Assembly: GCA_049840815.1 (NCBI GenBank) | Contig: JASGJI010000012.1 | Location: 168,157-232,156, forward strand | Origin: Thermomicrobiales bacterium | GTDB lineage: Bacteria; Chloroflexota; Chloroflexia; Thermomicrobiales; UBA6265 | Reading direction: 5' to 3' | DNA length: 64,000 nt | Shown here: positions 29,948 to 39,249 of the stretch, piece by piece | Position numbering within the stretch: position 1 is the first letter of the stretch | How the letters are laid out: each line of letters opens with the position of its first letter | Position numbers and translations under genes: made by a program | Notes under the pieces: generated by a model | What the model saw: only the letters and a program-made list of their open reading frames with translations | Database searches by the model: none | Told to the model about the DNA's origin: nothing

Positions 29948-31831
29948 CTAGACGGAACGCACCACTTCCTGGCGGTGCAGGAATTCGATCTGGTCCCCGA
30001 CCTGGAGGTCGTTGAAGCCATCGAGGCCGAGACCGCATTCGTAGCCAGCGGCCACCTCGCGGGCATCTTCCTTGAAGCGCTTCAGCGACTTGATCCCGCC
30101 CTCGAAGACCACGGTACCACTGCGCAGCACGCGTGCCCGCGAGTTGCGCGTCACCTTGCCATCGAGCACGTAGAGGCCGGCGACCACATCATTGCTCGGG
30201 AGCTTGAACGTGTCGCGGACTTCGGCATAGCCGTCCGTCACGTCCTCGAACACCGGCGCGAGGAGGCCGGTCATGGCCTTCTTGATCTCGTCCAGGAGCT
30301 CGTAGATGATCGTGTAGAAGCGAACGTCGACCCCGGCGTTGTCAGCCGCACGCTTGCCGGCCGCGTCCGGACGGACGTTGAAGCCGACGACGATGCTGCC
30401 CGTCGTCACCGCAAGATTGATGTCCGACTCCGAAACCGCTCCGGTCGCCGCGAGCTGGATCGAGAGCTGCACACCCTGGTCCGTGTCCTCGTTCAGCTTC
30501 AGCAGGGCGTTCTGGATGGCGCCCAACGATCCCTGGACGTCCGCCTTCAGGATCACGCGGAGCTCGGCCGTCTTGCCTTCCTTCACCTGGTCGAAGAGCT
30601 CGGTCAGCTTGATCGGGCGGTTCTCGCTCAACGACTCGATGCGGCGCTGGGCGGTCCGCTGCTCGGCGAGCTGGCGGGCGGCCTTCTCGTCCTCGAAGAC
30701 GATGAAGGAATCACCGGCCTGCGGCACCTCCATCAGACCCAGGATCTCGACCGGGGTGCTCGGGGTAGCCCGGCGAACGCGCTTGCCACGATCGTCGAAC
30801 ATGGCCTTGATGCGGCCCCACGTCGAACCAGCCACGACGACATCGCGCAGGTTGAGCGTGCCCGTCTGCACCAGCACCGTCGCCACCGGGCCACGACTGG
30901 AATCGACCTTCGCCTCGATCACCACGCCGTTCGCGGGGAGGTTGGCGTTGGCCTTCAGCTCGTTCACATCCGCGACCAGCAGGAGCACTTCCAGCAGGTC
31001 ATCGAGGCCCATCTTCTCGCGGGCCGAGACCTCCACGAACGGGACGTCGCCGCCCCACTCTTCCGGCATCACCGCCAACTCGGAGAGCTGCTGCTTGATG
31101 CGATCCGGATTCGCGGCGGGGAGATCGATCTTGTTGATCGCCACCACCAGCGGCACGTTCGCCGACTTGATGTGCGCGACCGCTTCGCGGGTCGTCGGCA
31201 TCACGCCGTCATCCGCGGCCACCACCAGCACCGCGATATCGGTGGACTGGGCGCCACGGGCACGCATGGCCGTGAAGGCCTCGTGACCGGGGGTGTCGAG
31301 GAAGGTGAGCTTGCGGCCCTGTGCCTCGACCTGATACGCACCGATGTGCTGGGTGATACCGCCGGCCTCCCCCTCCGCGACATTCGCGGAGCGGATGGAG
31401 TCCAGCAGCTTGGTCTTGCCATGGTCGACATGCCCCATGATGGTGATGACCGGCGGGCGCTGCGTGGCGTCCGGATCGTTCTCACCCTCAAGGCGGCGGC
31501 TCTCGAAGTCGGCGACCATCGACTTGGCAACGGTGTCCTGCTCGTTGGTCTCCCACCCAAGCGTCTCCGCCACCTTGGCGGCGGTGTCGTAGTCGATCTG
31601 CTGGTTCAGATTGGCCATGATGCCAGACTTCATCAGCTCGCGAATGACCTCGATGCCGCTGGTTTCCAACTTTTCGGCGAGTTCCGCCACGGACATCACG
31701 GGGGGAAGCGTCACTGGCTCACGCACCACGGGTACATTGCGCTTCACGGCTACGGTGCGCGCGCCACCAGTGTTCTTGCGGCCACCCTTGCGGCCGCCAC
31801 GGGCGCCGCCTCGTCCTACGGTATTGGTCAT
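29948..31831 (-). CDS. infB: translation initiation factor IF-2
   Basis: GTPase motifs [22 protein letters not shown] and NKID, with an RGG-rich N-terminus. Confidence 0.97.
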   Translation of the reverse strand: MTNTVGRGGARGGRKGGRKNTGGARTVAVKRNVPVVREPVTLPPVMSVAELAEKLETSGIEVIRELMKSGIMANLNQQIDYDTAAKVAETLGWETNEQDTVAKSMVADFESRRLEGENDPDATQRPPVITIMGHVDHGKTKLLDSIRSANVAEGEAGGITQHIGAYQVEAQGRKLTFLDTPGHEAFTAMRARGAQSTDIAVLVVAADDGVMPTTREAVAHIKSANVPLVVAINKIDLPAANPDRIKQQLSELAVMPEEWGGDVPFVEVSAREKMGLDDLLEVLLLVADVNELKANANLPANGVVIEAKVDSSRGPVATVLVQTGTLNLRDVVVAGSTWGRIKAMFDDRGKRVRRATPSTPVEILGLMEVPQAGDSFIVFEDEKAARQLAEQRTAQRRIESLSENRPIKLTELFDQVKEGKTAELRVILKADVQGSLGAIQNALLKLNEDTDQGVQLSIQLAATGAVSESDINLAVTTGSIVVGFNVRPDAAGKRAADNAGVDVRFYTIIYELLDEIKKAMTGLLAPVFEDVTDGYAEVRDTFKLPSNDVVAGLYVLDGKVTRNSRARVLRSGTVVFEGGIKSLKRFKEDAREVAAGYECGLGLDGFNDLQVGDQIEFLHRQEVVRSV

Positions 31832-31836
31832 GGGGA

Positions 31837-32265
31837 TTACTCCTTCGTCGGAACGCCGACAACGTCACCCGCGGGGGAATCGGGCAACGTAGCAGCGAAT
31901 TCTCTTAGCGATTGCAGCGCATCTTCAGAGAGCTCGACATTGAGGGCGCGGGCGAGCACGTTCGTCTCGATAGCACGCGTCCAACACGTCGGGCGGTCAC
32001 AAAGATAGGCCCCCCGTCCATTCTTCTTGCCCGTCGGGTCGACCTCGACCGTCCCTTCCGGCGTGCGCACGATGCGCGTGAGCGACCGTTTGTCGTCGCT
32101 TTCCCGGCAGGCGACGCAGGTCCGGCGCGGCACATGCTTTGGCCGCGGCCCCTTGCGTCGCCCTTTCGGGGTGTTCGTGTTCGATGCTGGTGTCGCCTGC
32201 TTCGGCCCGGAGGCCGGCTCGGCAGCCGCAGACGCGGCCGGTGCGAGTTCGGATGCGTGAGGCAT
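31837..32265 (-). CDS. ylxR: YlxR/DUF448 RNA-binding protein
   Basis: RTCVACRESDDKRSLTRIVRTPEGTVEVDPTGKKNGRGAYLC. Confidence 0.85.
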   Translation of the reverse strand: MPHASELAPAASAAAEPASGPKQATPASNTNTPKGRRKGPRPKHVPRRTCVACRESDDKRSLTRIVRTPEGTVEVDPTGKKNGRGAYLCDRPTCWTRAIETNVLARALNVELSEDALQSLREFAATLPDSPAGDVVGVPTKE

Positions 32266-32283
32266 ACGTCGCCGTTACCTCCT

Positions 32284-33642
32284 TTACATCATCCGGTTCT
32301 CACCCGATGCGTAGATGCCCAACGAATCGATGTCGTCGTCGAGCGGAAGCTCTTCCGTCGTCTCCTTGTCGAAGCGGGCGCGCAGTTCACGCTCGTAGTA
32401 GACCTCGACCACGCCATTCACGATGTCCACGTCCACCTGGCGGCGGAGCAGATCCTCGGAGAGCGGGCCGTAGGCCTTGCCGCTGAGATTGACCATCCCC
32501 TCCGCCGTGACGGCGCGGGGCTGGCGTCCCTGCCAGCTGAAGTCCGGCATGATGTCGCGGGCGGATTCGCGCGCCTGGCGGAAGAACTCACCGCCGGCCT
32601 GGAGCAGCGACTCCGGACCCTTGATGTCGATGCGCCAGCCAGTGAGCTTGTAGGCGAGGCGGGCATTCTGGCCCTCCTTGCCGATGGCAAGCGACATCTG
32701 GTCGTTCGGCACGATCACCGTCGCCACACGCTGGTCGCCGTCGTCGCTCAGGGAGACGTTCGTCGGCTTCGCCGGGCTGAGCGCGTTCGCAATGAAGGCG
32801 CTGGTGTCCGGCGACCACTCGATCACATCGATCTTCTCGCCATACAGCTCGTTGACGATGTTCTGGATGCGCACGCCACGCACGCCAACGCAGGAGCCGA
32901 CCGGGTCGACCTTCTCCTGGCGAGCCGCGACCGCCACCTTCGAGCGCAGACCTGGCTCACGCGCGATCGCCATGATCTCCACGGCGCCGCTCTGGATCTC
33001 CGGCACTTCCAGTTCGAAGAGCCGGCGAATCAGGCGCGGATCGGACCGGGACACGATCAGCTGCGGGCCACGTGCGTGGGCGTTCACCTCGGTCAGCAGG
33101 ACCTTGATCCGCTGATTCGGGCGATACCGCTCCGACTGCACCTGCTCGCGGGCAGGCATCACCGCTTCGGCCTTGCCGAGTTCGATGATGACCGCGCGAT
33201 TGTCAGCCCGCTGAACCACGCCATTGAGGACTTCGCCCTCCTTGTCCTGGTAGTCCTTGAACACCGATTCCCGCTCGTAGTCACGAATCCGGGTATGGAC
33301 AACCTGCTTCACCGTCTGCGCGGCGATGCGACCGAAGTTCTCTGGCGTCTTTCGGGAAATGCGAATCTCTTCGCCAACCTGGGGATTCGCCGCGAACTCC
33401 GAAGCCTCCTCCAGGGAGATCTCAAGATCCTTGTTGGTCACGTCGGCGACAACCGTCTTCACGGTCACCACCATCATCTCTCCAGTCGTCGAATCGAGCT
33501 CGACACGGACATCCTCATTGGATTCCGACGACTTCTTGTAGACAGACGTCAACGCCTGCTGCACGGAGAGCAGCACCGCATCACGCGGAATCCCGCGCTC
33601 GGCGGCAATCTGGGCGATCGCGGTATAGAGATCACTCTTCAT
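32284..33642 (-). CDS. nusA: transcription termination/antitermination factor NusA
   Basis: MKSDLYTAIAQIAAERGIPRDAVLLSVQQAL..., with S1 and tandem KH domains. RBS AAGGAGGTG. Confidence 0.95.
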   Translation of the reverse strand: MKSDLYTAIAQIAAERGIPRDAVLLSVQQALTSVYKKSSESNEDVRVELDSTTGEMMVVTVKTVVADVTNKDLEISLEEASEFAANPQVGEEIRISRKTPENFGRIAAQTVKQVVHTRIRDYERESVFKDYQDKEGEVLNGVVQRADNRAVIIELGKAEAVMPAREQVQSERYRPNQRIKVLLTEVNAHARGPQLIVSRSDPRLIRRLFELEVPEIQSGAVEIMAIAREPGLRSKVAVAARQEKVDPVGSCVGVRGVRIQNIVNELYGEKIDVIEWSPDTSAFIANALSPAKPTNVSLSDDGDQRVATVIVPNDQMSLAIGKEGQNARLAYKLTGWRIDIKGPESLLQAGGEFFRQARESARDIMPDFSWQGRQPRAVTAEGMVNLSGKAYGPLSEDLLRRQVDVDIVNGVVEVYYERELRARFDKETTEELPLDDDIDSLGIYASGENRMM

Positions 33643-33664
33643 CCGCTCACCTCCTTGCCACGTA

Positions 33665-33695
33665 CAAAAACGACCGCTCCTTGCGTTTCGGTCGC
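33665..33695 (-). terminator. terminator-like hairpin #2 in the nusA leader
   Basis: The minus strand reads GCGACCGaaacgcaaggagCGGTCGT followed by TTTTTG, about 8 nt before the RBS. Confidence 0.5.
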
Positions 33696-33739
33696 GGTAT
33701 GGGACCGTTGTACGACGAGACTCCCGAAATGAAGCCCTG

Positions 33740-33772
33740 CCAAACAGCAAGAAACGTGGGCATTGCCCACGT
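33740..33772 (-). terminator. terminator-like hairpin #1 in the nusA leader
   Basis: The minus strand reads ACGTGGGCaatGCCCACGT followed by TTCTTGCTGTTTGG. Confidence 0.55.
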
Positions 33773-33803
33773 CTGATCCCACGACGATCAATTACGCAAC
33801 AGA

Positions 33804-33832
33804 ACTATACCATTTACGTCCACTCACTTCAA
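33804..33832 (-). promoter_or_regulatory. sigma70-like promoter for the nusA operon: TTGAAG, 17-nt spacer, TATAGT
   Basis: The -35 is at 33827-33832 and the -10 at 33804-33809 (minus strand). Confidence 0.6.
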
Positions 33833-34052
33833 CGCGGTGTGCTGGTTCACGACACGCGAGAACGGTTCCCGGACGCCTGCTTCGGTCGCGATCACTGGTC
33901 GCCTGGAAGCGGATACAGGGGTTTCACAACGCGACGTTCCCGCCTGCGCGATGGACAGATCACCACCATGGTGCCCCTGGGTCCGTGCCTCTCACCTCCC
34001 CGGTCTGCCTCCACCCCCAACCGGAAATCGCTGGCCCATCGCATCCGGGCTT

Positions 34053-34061
34053 TGGTAGGAT
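34053..34061 (+). promoter_or_regulatory. extended -10 element TGgTAGGAT upstream of nhaA
   Basis: It has the same TGGTAGRAT shape as the element at 15802-15810 and lies about 90 nt before the nhaA ATG. Confidence 0.35.
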
Positions 34062-34101
34062 GCTCGCCAGTAAACGACGCTTCACCGCGTTCTCCTCAGT
34101 C

Positions 34102-34120
34102 ATTGTCACGTCGTGACGAT
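34102..34120. promoter_or_regulatory. near-perfect 19-bp palindrome (core GTCACG-T-CGTGAC), candidate operator
   Basis: ATTGTCACGTCGTGACGAT, 30 nt upstream of the nhaA start. Confidence 0.4.
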
Positions 34121-34149
34121 GCGCGCCGTCCACATCCCCGGACAACCCA

Positions 34150-35307
34150 ATGATTCAACGCTTCCTGCGCAGCGACTCCGCTGCGGCGCTCGTCCTGCTT
34201 GTCGGCACGCTGCTGGCGCTCGTCGTCGCGAACTCTCCCCTCCAGCCATCGTACGACCATGTCCTCCATGCCAACATCCTCGGCCTCAGCGTGCAGCACT
34301 GGATCAACGACGGCCTGATGGCCATCTTCTTTCTGCTGGTCGGCATGGAGATCAAGCAGGAATTGCGATCCGGGGCCCTCTCCACATGGAGAAACCGCGC
34401 CCTGCCCGGACTCGCCGCGCTGGGCGGCATGGTCGTTCCCGCCCTCATCTTCATGCTCGTCAACCGCAACGATGCGGCCCTGCACCGGGGATGGGCCATC
34501 CCGACCGCGACCGACATCGCATTCGCCATCGGTGCCCTCGCGGTGCTGGGATCCCGCGTCCCTGCCGGTATTCGCGTGGTCCTCGTGGGTATCGCGATCC
34601 TCGACGATCTCCTGGCGATCGTCGTCATCGCTGTCTTCTACTCCGAAGGGGTGGCGATTGGCTGGCTCCTCGCCGCCGCCGCGATCTGCATCGTCCTGGC
34701 CCGGATGAACGCCCGTCATGTCTACCGCTTGCCCCCCTATCTCGCTCTCGGCGGGATGCTCTGGTTCTGCATTCTCCAGTCCGGACTCCACGCAACGCTG
34801 GCCGGCGTGATCCTCGCCCTCGCGATCCCGGCTGAGAGCACCTCGAGCCAGCACCGCTCGCCCCTGAAATCCACCGAGCACGCTATCGACCGTTGGGTGA
34901 ACTTCGCCATCCTGCCGCTCTTCGGCTTCGCGAACGCGGGAATCGCCTTCAGCGGCATCGCCCGGAGCGATCTGGTCGGCACCCTTCCGCTCGGGATCGC
35001 GCTCGGCCTCCTCATCGGCAAGCCGGTCGGCATCTTCGGCACGACCTGGCTGATGATCCGCATGCGCCTCGCTCCGATGCCAGCGGGCGTCACCTGGCGT
35101 CAGTTGGGGGCAATGGCAATGCTTTGCGGGATCGGATTCACGATGAGCCTCTTCATCGGAGGCCTGGCCTTCGAGGACGACCAGCATCTGATGAACGCCG
35201 TGAGAATCGGCGTCATCGGCGGCTCCGTGCTCTCGGCAACGCTGGGGATCGTGGCATTCCGCGTCGTGGCGAGACCACCCGATTCGGCCCGGAAGCCTGC
35301 AAGGTAG
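34150..35307 (+). CDS. nhaA: Na+/H+ antiporter NhaA
   Basis: 385 aa with WINDGLMAIFFLLVGMEIKQEL..., ATDIAFAIG and AILDDL. Confidence 0.93.
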   Translation: MIQRFLRSDSAAALVLLVGTLLALVVANSPLQPSYDHVLHANILGLSVQHWINDGLMAIFFLLVGMEIKQELRSGALSTWRNRALPGLAALGGMVVPALIFMLVNRNDAALHRGWAIPTATDIAFAIGALAVLGSRVPAGIRVVLVGIAILDDLLAIVVIAVFYSEGVAIGWLLAAAAICIVLARMNARHVYRLPPYLALGGMLWFCILQSGLHATLAGVILALAIPAESTSSQHRSPLKSTEHAIDRWVNFAILPLFGFANAGIAFSGIARSDLVGTLPLGIALGLLIGKPVGIFGTTWLMIRMRLAPMPAGVTWRQLGAMAMLCGIGFTMSLFIGGLAFEDDQHLMNAVRIGVIGGSVLSATLGIVAFRVVARPPDSARKPAR

Positions 35308-35483
35308 GGCAGCCTTGCAGGAGGGGCGTCCGTTCGTGCGTGCTATAAATACGCTCGGATCGACGCGTGACGTCGAGGCTGGCCCCATCCTGCTTTCCGC
35401 ATCATCCCACGGCCAGCATGAGTGATCGGTGAGCGATCCGCGGCATCCGTCGCCTGTCGTTCTCCCCTGTCGAGAAGGAGCCA

Positions 35484-36032
35484 ATGTCCGACCCTGGGCT
35501 GAACCATCGGCTGCGCCAGCGATCGCGCAGGGCCGGCATCATGATCGGTGTCTCGATGGCCCTCACGATCGCCGTCTGCGTCGTGGGTTTCACGGTCATC
35601 TACAACGCGCTCAGCGCGTACACCAGCGATTTCGTCACGCAGGAGGAACCCACGATGCCTCCAACAACCGCGCCGACGAATCCTCCCCCGCAGACGTCCA
35701 GCAATGATGGGCAGGATGCACCGAATCCGACTGCCGAACCGACGCAGGGGCAGGCGATCGAACAGAATCCAAACGCCCAGCCGACCGGCACACCGGGAGC
35801 CTTCACCCCGGACTACCAGATCGGGAGCACCGGATCGGTGAACCTTCGGTCTGGTCCGGGTACCAGTTTCGATTCCGTCATCGCCCTTCCCTACCAGACG
35901 CCGCTTCAGTACCTTGACGAGACCCAGACCACGTCCGACCCCGACGCGAATACGGAGTGGATGAAGTTCCGCACGGAGGACGGCGAGGAAGGCTGGGTCC
36001 GCCAGATCGACGTCGAGAACTACGAGCCCTAG
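35484..36032 (+). CDS. membrane-anchored SH3b-domain protein
   Basis: A TM helix (IMIGVSMALTIAVCVVGF), a Pro/Thr-rich linker, and SH3b (GSVNLRSGPGTSFDSVIALPYQTPLQYL...WMKFRTEDGEEGWV). RBS GAAGGAG. Confidence 0.75.
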   Translation: MSDPGLNHRLRQRSRRAGIMIGVSMALTIAVCVVGFTVIYNALSAYTSDFVTQEEPTMPPTTAPTNPPPQTSSNDGQDAPNPTAEPTQGQAIEQNPNAQPTGTPGAFTPDYQIGSTGSVNLRSGPGTSFDSVIALPYQTPLQYLDETQTTSDPDANTEWMKFRTEDGEEGWVRQIDVENYEP

Positions 36033-36087
36033 CTCCACGCCCGAACGGGCAACGACCGCGCCACCGCCGCACCACAGGGAGTTCTGC

Positions 36088-37080
36088 ATGCAACAGGTCA
36101 CCATCATCGGACTCGGGCTGATCGGCGGCTCGATCGGACTCGGGCTTCGACGCTGGTCGGCGGCGAACGGCAATCTGCTCTCCATCACCGGCTTCGACGA
36201 CGACGTGAACCGGCAGGCCGAGGCCCGCAAGATGGGCGCAATCGACCAGGCGGAATGGTCGCTGGTCAATGCCGTGAACAACGCTGATGTCGTGATCGTC
36301 TGCACGCCAGTCGGTGCAATGAAGCAGGTCTTTGCCGACATCGCCGACCATCTGAAGCACGGAGCGATCGTCACCGACACCGGATCGACCAAGGCGCAGG
36401 TGATGGAGGACGCGAAGGCGTTGCCCCGCACGGTCTCCTTCGTGGGCGGGCACCCGATGGCCGGCAAGTCGCAGAGCCTCGAAGCCGCCGATGCGGACCT
36501 CTTCAAGGGCGCAACCTGGGTCGTCTGCCCGAGTCCTCACGCAAATGACGAAGCAATCCGCAACGTGCTCGGCATCGTGGCTGCGCTGGACGCGGAGGCG
36601 TTCTTCGTCGATCCCGTGGAACACGATGCCTTCGTGGCTGGCATCAGCCACCTGCCGTTCGTTGCCGCGGCGACGCTGGCCTCGGCAGTGACCGCCGATC
36701 CGGCGTGGCGCGACATGCGATCGCTCGCCGCAACCGGCTTCCGCGACACCACACGGCTGGCGCTGGGCAATCCGACGATGCACCGCGACATCGCGCTCTC
36801 GAATCGCGATTCGCTGAACCGGTGGATCGACCAGTACGTGGCCGCCCTCACCGACTTCCGCGCGACACTGAACGCCGACGATGCCGATGCGGGGGTCCTC
36901 GCGTTCTTCACCGCTGCCCAGGATGCCCGCGCCGGTGTCGAGGTACCGGTCAATCGCGCCGCCGAGCAGAGCCTCGACGGGCAGGAAGCGGTGAAGAAGG
37001 AGGGGATGAGCGAGCAGATGGGCCGCATGTTCCTCGGAGGGTTCGGTCGCAAGAAGCGCGGTCAGGACGACAGGCGCTGA
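36088..37080 (+). CDS. tyrA: prephenate/arogenate dehydrogenase
   Basis: MQQVTIIGLGLIGGSIGLGLRR... (Rossmann fold), GGHPMAGK, SHLPFVAA. Confidence 0.88.
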   Translation: MQQVTIIGLGLIGGSIGLGLRRWSAANGNLLSITGFDDDVNRQAEARKMGAIDQAEWSLVNAVNNADVVIVCTPVGAMKQVFADIADHLKHGAIVTDTGSTKAQVMEDAKALPRTVSFVGGHPMAGKSQSLEAADADLFKGATWVVCPSPHANDEAIRNVLGIVAALDAEAFFVDPVEHDAFVAGISHLPFVAAATLASAVTADPAWRDMRSLAATGFRDTTRLALGNPTMHRDIALSNRDSLNRWIDQYVAALTDFRATLNADDADAGVLAFFTAAQDARAGVEVPVNRAAEQSLDGQEAVKKEGMSEQMGRMFLGGFGRKKRGQDDRR

Positions 37081-37108
37081 CGCGCCAGGACATCCTTCCC
37101 CACGCAAG

Positions 37109-37144
37109 ACACCCCGCCGCTCCTGATGTGGAGCGGCGGGGTGT
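37109..37144. terminator. bidirectional terminator, 15-bp perfect stem
   Basis: ACACCCCGCCGCTCC tgatgt GGAGCGGCGGGGTGT, then TTCGCGTT. Confidence 0.7.
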
Positions 37145-37164
37145 TTCGCGTTCGACGCGAGCGA

Positions 37165-37656
37165 TCAGGGCACGATGCTCCAGGCATCGGACAACGAGTA
37201 GCTGAAGAGCTTGCGCGTGGGCAGGCCATTTTGGCGCACCCGCCCACGGTCGTTGCGCATCAGTTCGGCGTATTGGTTCTGGATCTGGATGATCCGCCGT
37301 TCCTTCAGGTTGAAGACCACCAGACCAAGGTTCGCTGGCTCCATGCTGCGCTGCCGGGTCGTGGCATCCAGCACGCGGAAGGGATGGTCCATCTGATCGC
37401 CGTCGCGGCTGCCCACCAACGCGAAATCGCCACTGAGCGAATCAATGTTGTGCTCGTCAAACCGATACAGGCCCATGCGTACCGTCCGCGCCCAATCGGC
37501 GTCGTACTCATCCGCGAGGTCGAGGACCGACTGAAGGCTCTCCGCTCCCCGGCTGCACGCCGCCGCGATCACCTTGAGCGCGTGGGCCGGGCCGACGAAG
37601 CTGGATACGCCGCGTTGATCGATGACATTGAAGCGAAAGAGGTTTCTGGAACTCAT
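37165..37656 (-). CDS. hypothetical protein (no recognisable motif)
   Basis: This is the C-terminal 163 codons of ORF 37165..38151 (MSSRNLFRFNVIDQRGVSSFVG...). The rest of that ORF overlaps a better + strand gene. An alternative start at 37839 is possible. Confidence 0.5.
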   Translation of the reverse strand: MSSRNLFRFNVIDQRGVSSFVGPAHALKVIAAACSRGAESLQSVLDLADEYDADWARTVRMGLYRFDEHNIDSLSGDFALVGSRDGDQMDHPFRVLDATTRQRSMEPANLGLVVFNLKERRIIQIQNQYAELMRNDRGRVRQNGLPTRKLFSYSLSDAWSIVP

Positions 37657-37837
37657 CGGGGGAACCGTTTCTGGCAATGACGAAAACCGCCCCGAATGGG
37701 CTCCGATCGGCGTCGTTGCTGGGTTCGGAATCGGGAAATCGGGCAGGGCGAATACGCGGCGTACTGTACCATAGTGACCTGATGCATCCGGTTCCGTTCG
37801 CATCGTCGCAATCCCGGATGCCGCAAGGAGCCTCGTC

Positions 37838-38380
37838 ATGGTCACCTCATTCCCCAGCGAGCCGACGCCCCCCGATCCACCGAACGATGGGCATCCCCCG
37901 AAGACCCCGCCAGAACCGATCCCGATCGACTCGGCGCGAAAGACACGGCTCGATCGGGAGGTCGACGAGATTCTTCGCTCGGCCACCAGAAGCAATCCGC
38001 TGCCGCCGACGCCAATCTCCTCCCGCCGTCCGAAAGCCGCCCCCACCATGGCTGTATCCAATCGGGTCCACCCGGCGCTCTCCACCGTGATGGACACCCT
38101 GATGGCGGTGCCATTGATCACGGCGGTTGGACTCGGCATCGCCTGCGCCATCGTCGCCCCCTATTCAAAGCTGCTTGCCCTCGTGTTCGCCGTGCTGGCG
38201 GTCGTTGTTCTCGTGACCCCGATCGTGCAGGCCGCACGACGCTCGTCGCTGCCCGGCAACGATGGCCCGAAGATGTGGCGAGGCCGCTCCATGGATACCC
38301 CGCCGACCCGCCTGCACGGGATCGGCGAACGCACCCCTGCTGACAAGATCACCGACTGGATCAATTCGCGCCGACCGTAA
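37838..38380 (+). CDS. hypothetical membrane protein (Pro-rich N-terminus, 2 TM)
   Basis: A strong RBS AAGGAG lies 7 nt before the ATG. TM segments are VMDTLMAVPLITAVGLGIACAIV and LLALVFAVLAVVVLVTPIV. Confidence 0.6.
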   Translation: MVTSFPSEPTPPDPPNDGHPPKTPPEPIPIDSARKTRLDREVDEILRSATRSNPLPPTPISSRRPKAAPTMAVSNRVHPALSTVMDTLMAVPLITAVGLGIACAIVAPYSKLLALVFAVLAVVVLVTPIVQAARRSSLPGNDGPKMWRGRSMDTPPTRLHGIGERTPADKITDWINSRRP

Positions 38381-38410
38381 GCGGTCGCAACGCGCATCCG
38401 GGATCGCCGG

Positions 38411-39217
38411 ATGCCTTGTGCTGGAGCCTGCATGCCTGGGATCGTTTCGGATATCGTCGATGTCTATGTCTTCCGGCGGCTGAACGCCCGCGTGCAATTC
38501 CTGCTCCTCCAGCGGCGTCACGATGTGGCGATGGCGATGACCTGGCAGGGTTTCCATGCGCAGATCGAGCGGAACGAGAACACGCTCGATGCGGCGAAAC
38601 GCGCCGTCCGCGAGATGGTCGGGCTGAACGTCAGCGCCTACTACTCGGCCGATTACGTCAACCAGTTCTATGATGACTACCGCGATGTCCTTGTGCTGGC
38701 ACCGGTGGTGGCGGTCCAGGTCAGCCCACAGGCGCCCGTCCGCCTCGGCGACGACTTCCGCGATTGCGCGTGGTTCGAACGTGACGACGCGACAGTACGC
38801 CTGCCTTTCTCAGGGCAGCGCTGGGCGGTGCGCCACATCGACGAGATCATGAGCATCGGCGAGCGGGAGAGCGAACTCTATCGTCTGCTGCCGCCCGATC
38901 AGCTTCCGGCCGCGCCGCTCCCCGAACCCGCGCCTGTGGCCGCGACAGCACCCGAGGCGATCTCGGAGGTCGCGATCGCCGAAACCTACGACGAGGTCGC
39001 GAAGCCATCCGATCCCACGAGCAGCGATATCCCTGGCCTCTCATTGGCGGACATCTTCGAGCCGGAGATTCGCGAGCTGGCAGACGAAGCCAACCCTCAT
39101 GTCACGCCGCCCAGCGAGGAAGATCCCGAAGAGACACAGTCGGCAGAAGCCCCGCTGGACACGCGCAAGTGGGGATTCCGGCGGCGTGAACGAACGGGTG
39201 GGGATGGGGTATACTAG
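38411..39217 (+). CDS. NUDIX-fold-like protein with degenerate Nudix box and acidic disordered tail
   Basis: [28 protein letters not shown] resembles Gx5Ex7REUxEExGU but lacks the EE pair. The C-terminal ~110 aa are Pro/Glu/Ala-rich. Confidence 0.5.
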   Translation: MPCAGACMPGIVSDIVDVYVFRRLNARVQFLLLQRRHDVAMAMTWQGFHAQIERNENTLDAAKRAVREMVGLNVSAYYSADYVNQFYDDYRDVLVLAPVVAVQVSPQAPVRLGDDFRDCAWFERDDATVRLPFSGQRWAVRHIDEIMSIGERESELYRLLPPDQLPAAPLPEPAPVAATAPEAISEVAIAETYDEVAKPSDPTSSDIPGLSLADIFEPEIRELADEANPHVTPPSEEDPEETQSAEAPLDTRKWGFRRRERTGGDGVY

Positions 39218-39228
39218 AACGTTCGTTT
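39210..39228 (+). promoter_or_regulatory. candidate uvrB promoter -10 (TATACT) overlapping a LexA(Cheo)-like box GAACgttcGTTT
   Basis: TATACTAGAACGTTCGTTTTC lies directly upstream of the uvrB RBS GGAGG. Confidence 0.35.
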
Positions 39229-39249
39229 TCATTTCGCCCCGGAGGCAGC

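Noticed and set aside
29438-33732. Very long + strand ORFs (29438..32008, 856 codons; 31912..33732, 606 codons)
   Set aside because: They are antisense shadows of rbfA/infB/ylxR/nusA, have no motifs, and the minus frames are unambiguous.
33833-34100. SRP RNA / 6S RNA / degraded rimP in the nusA-nhaA gap
   Set aside because: There is only a vague resemblance (GGTCGCCTGGAAGCGGATACAGGG versus the SRP GGAAG motif). I found no helix-8 symmetric loop, no 6S-like bubble and no RimP-like translation. The region is kept as unexplained.
37657-38151. N-terminal 165 codons of minus ORF 37165..38151
   Set aside because: This part overlaps the + strand gene 37838..38380, which has a strong RBS and TM helices. 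The overlapping minus-frame part is Gly/Ser/Arg-rich low complexity, so it was trimmed to ATG 37656.
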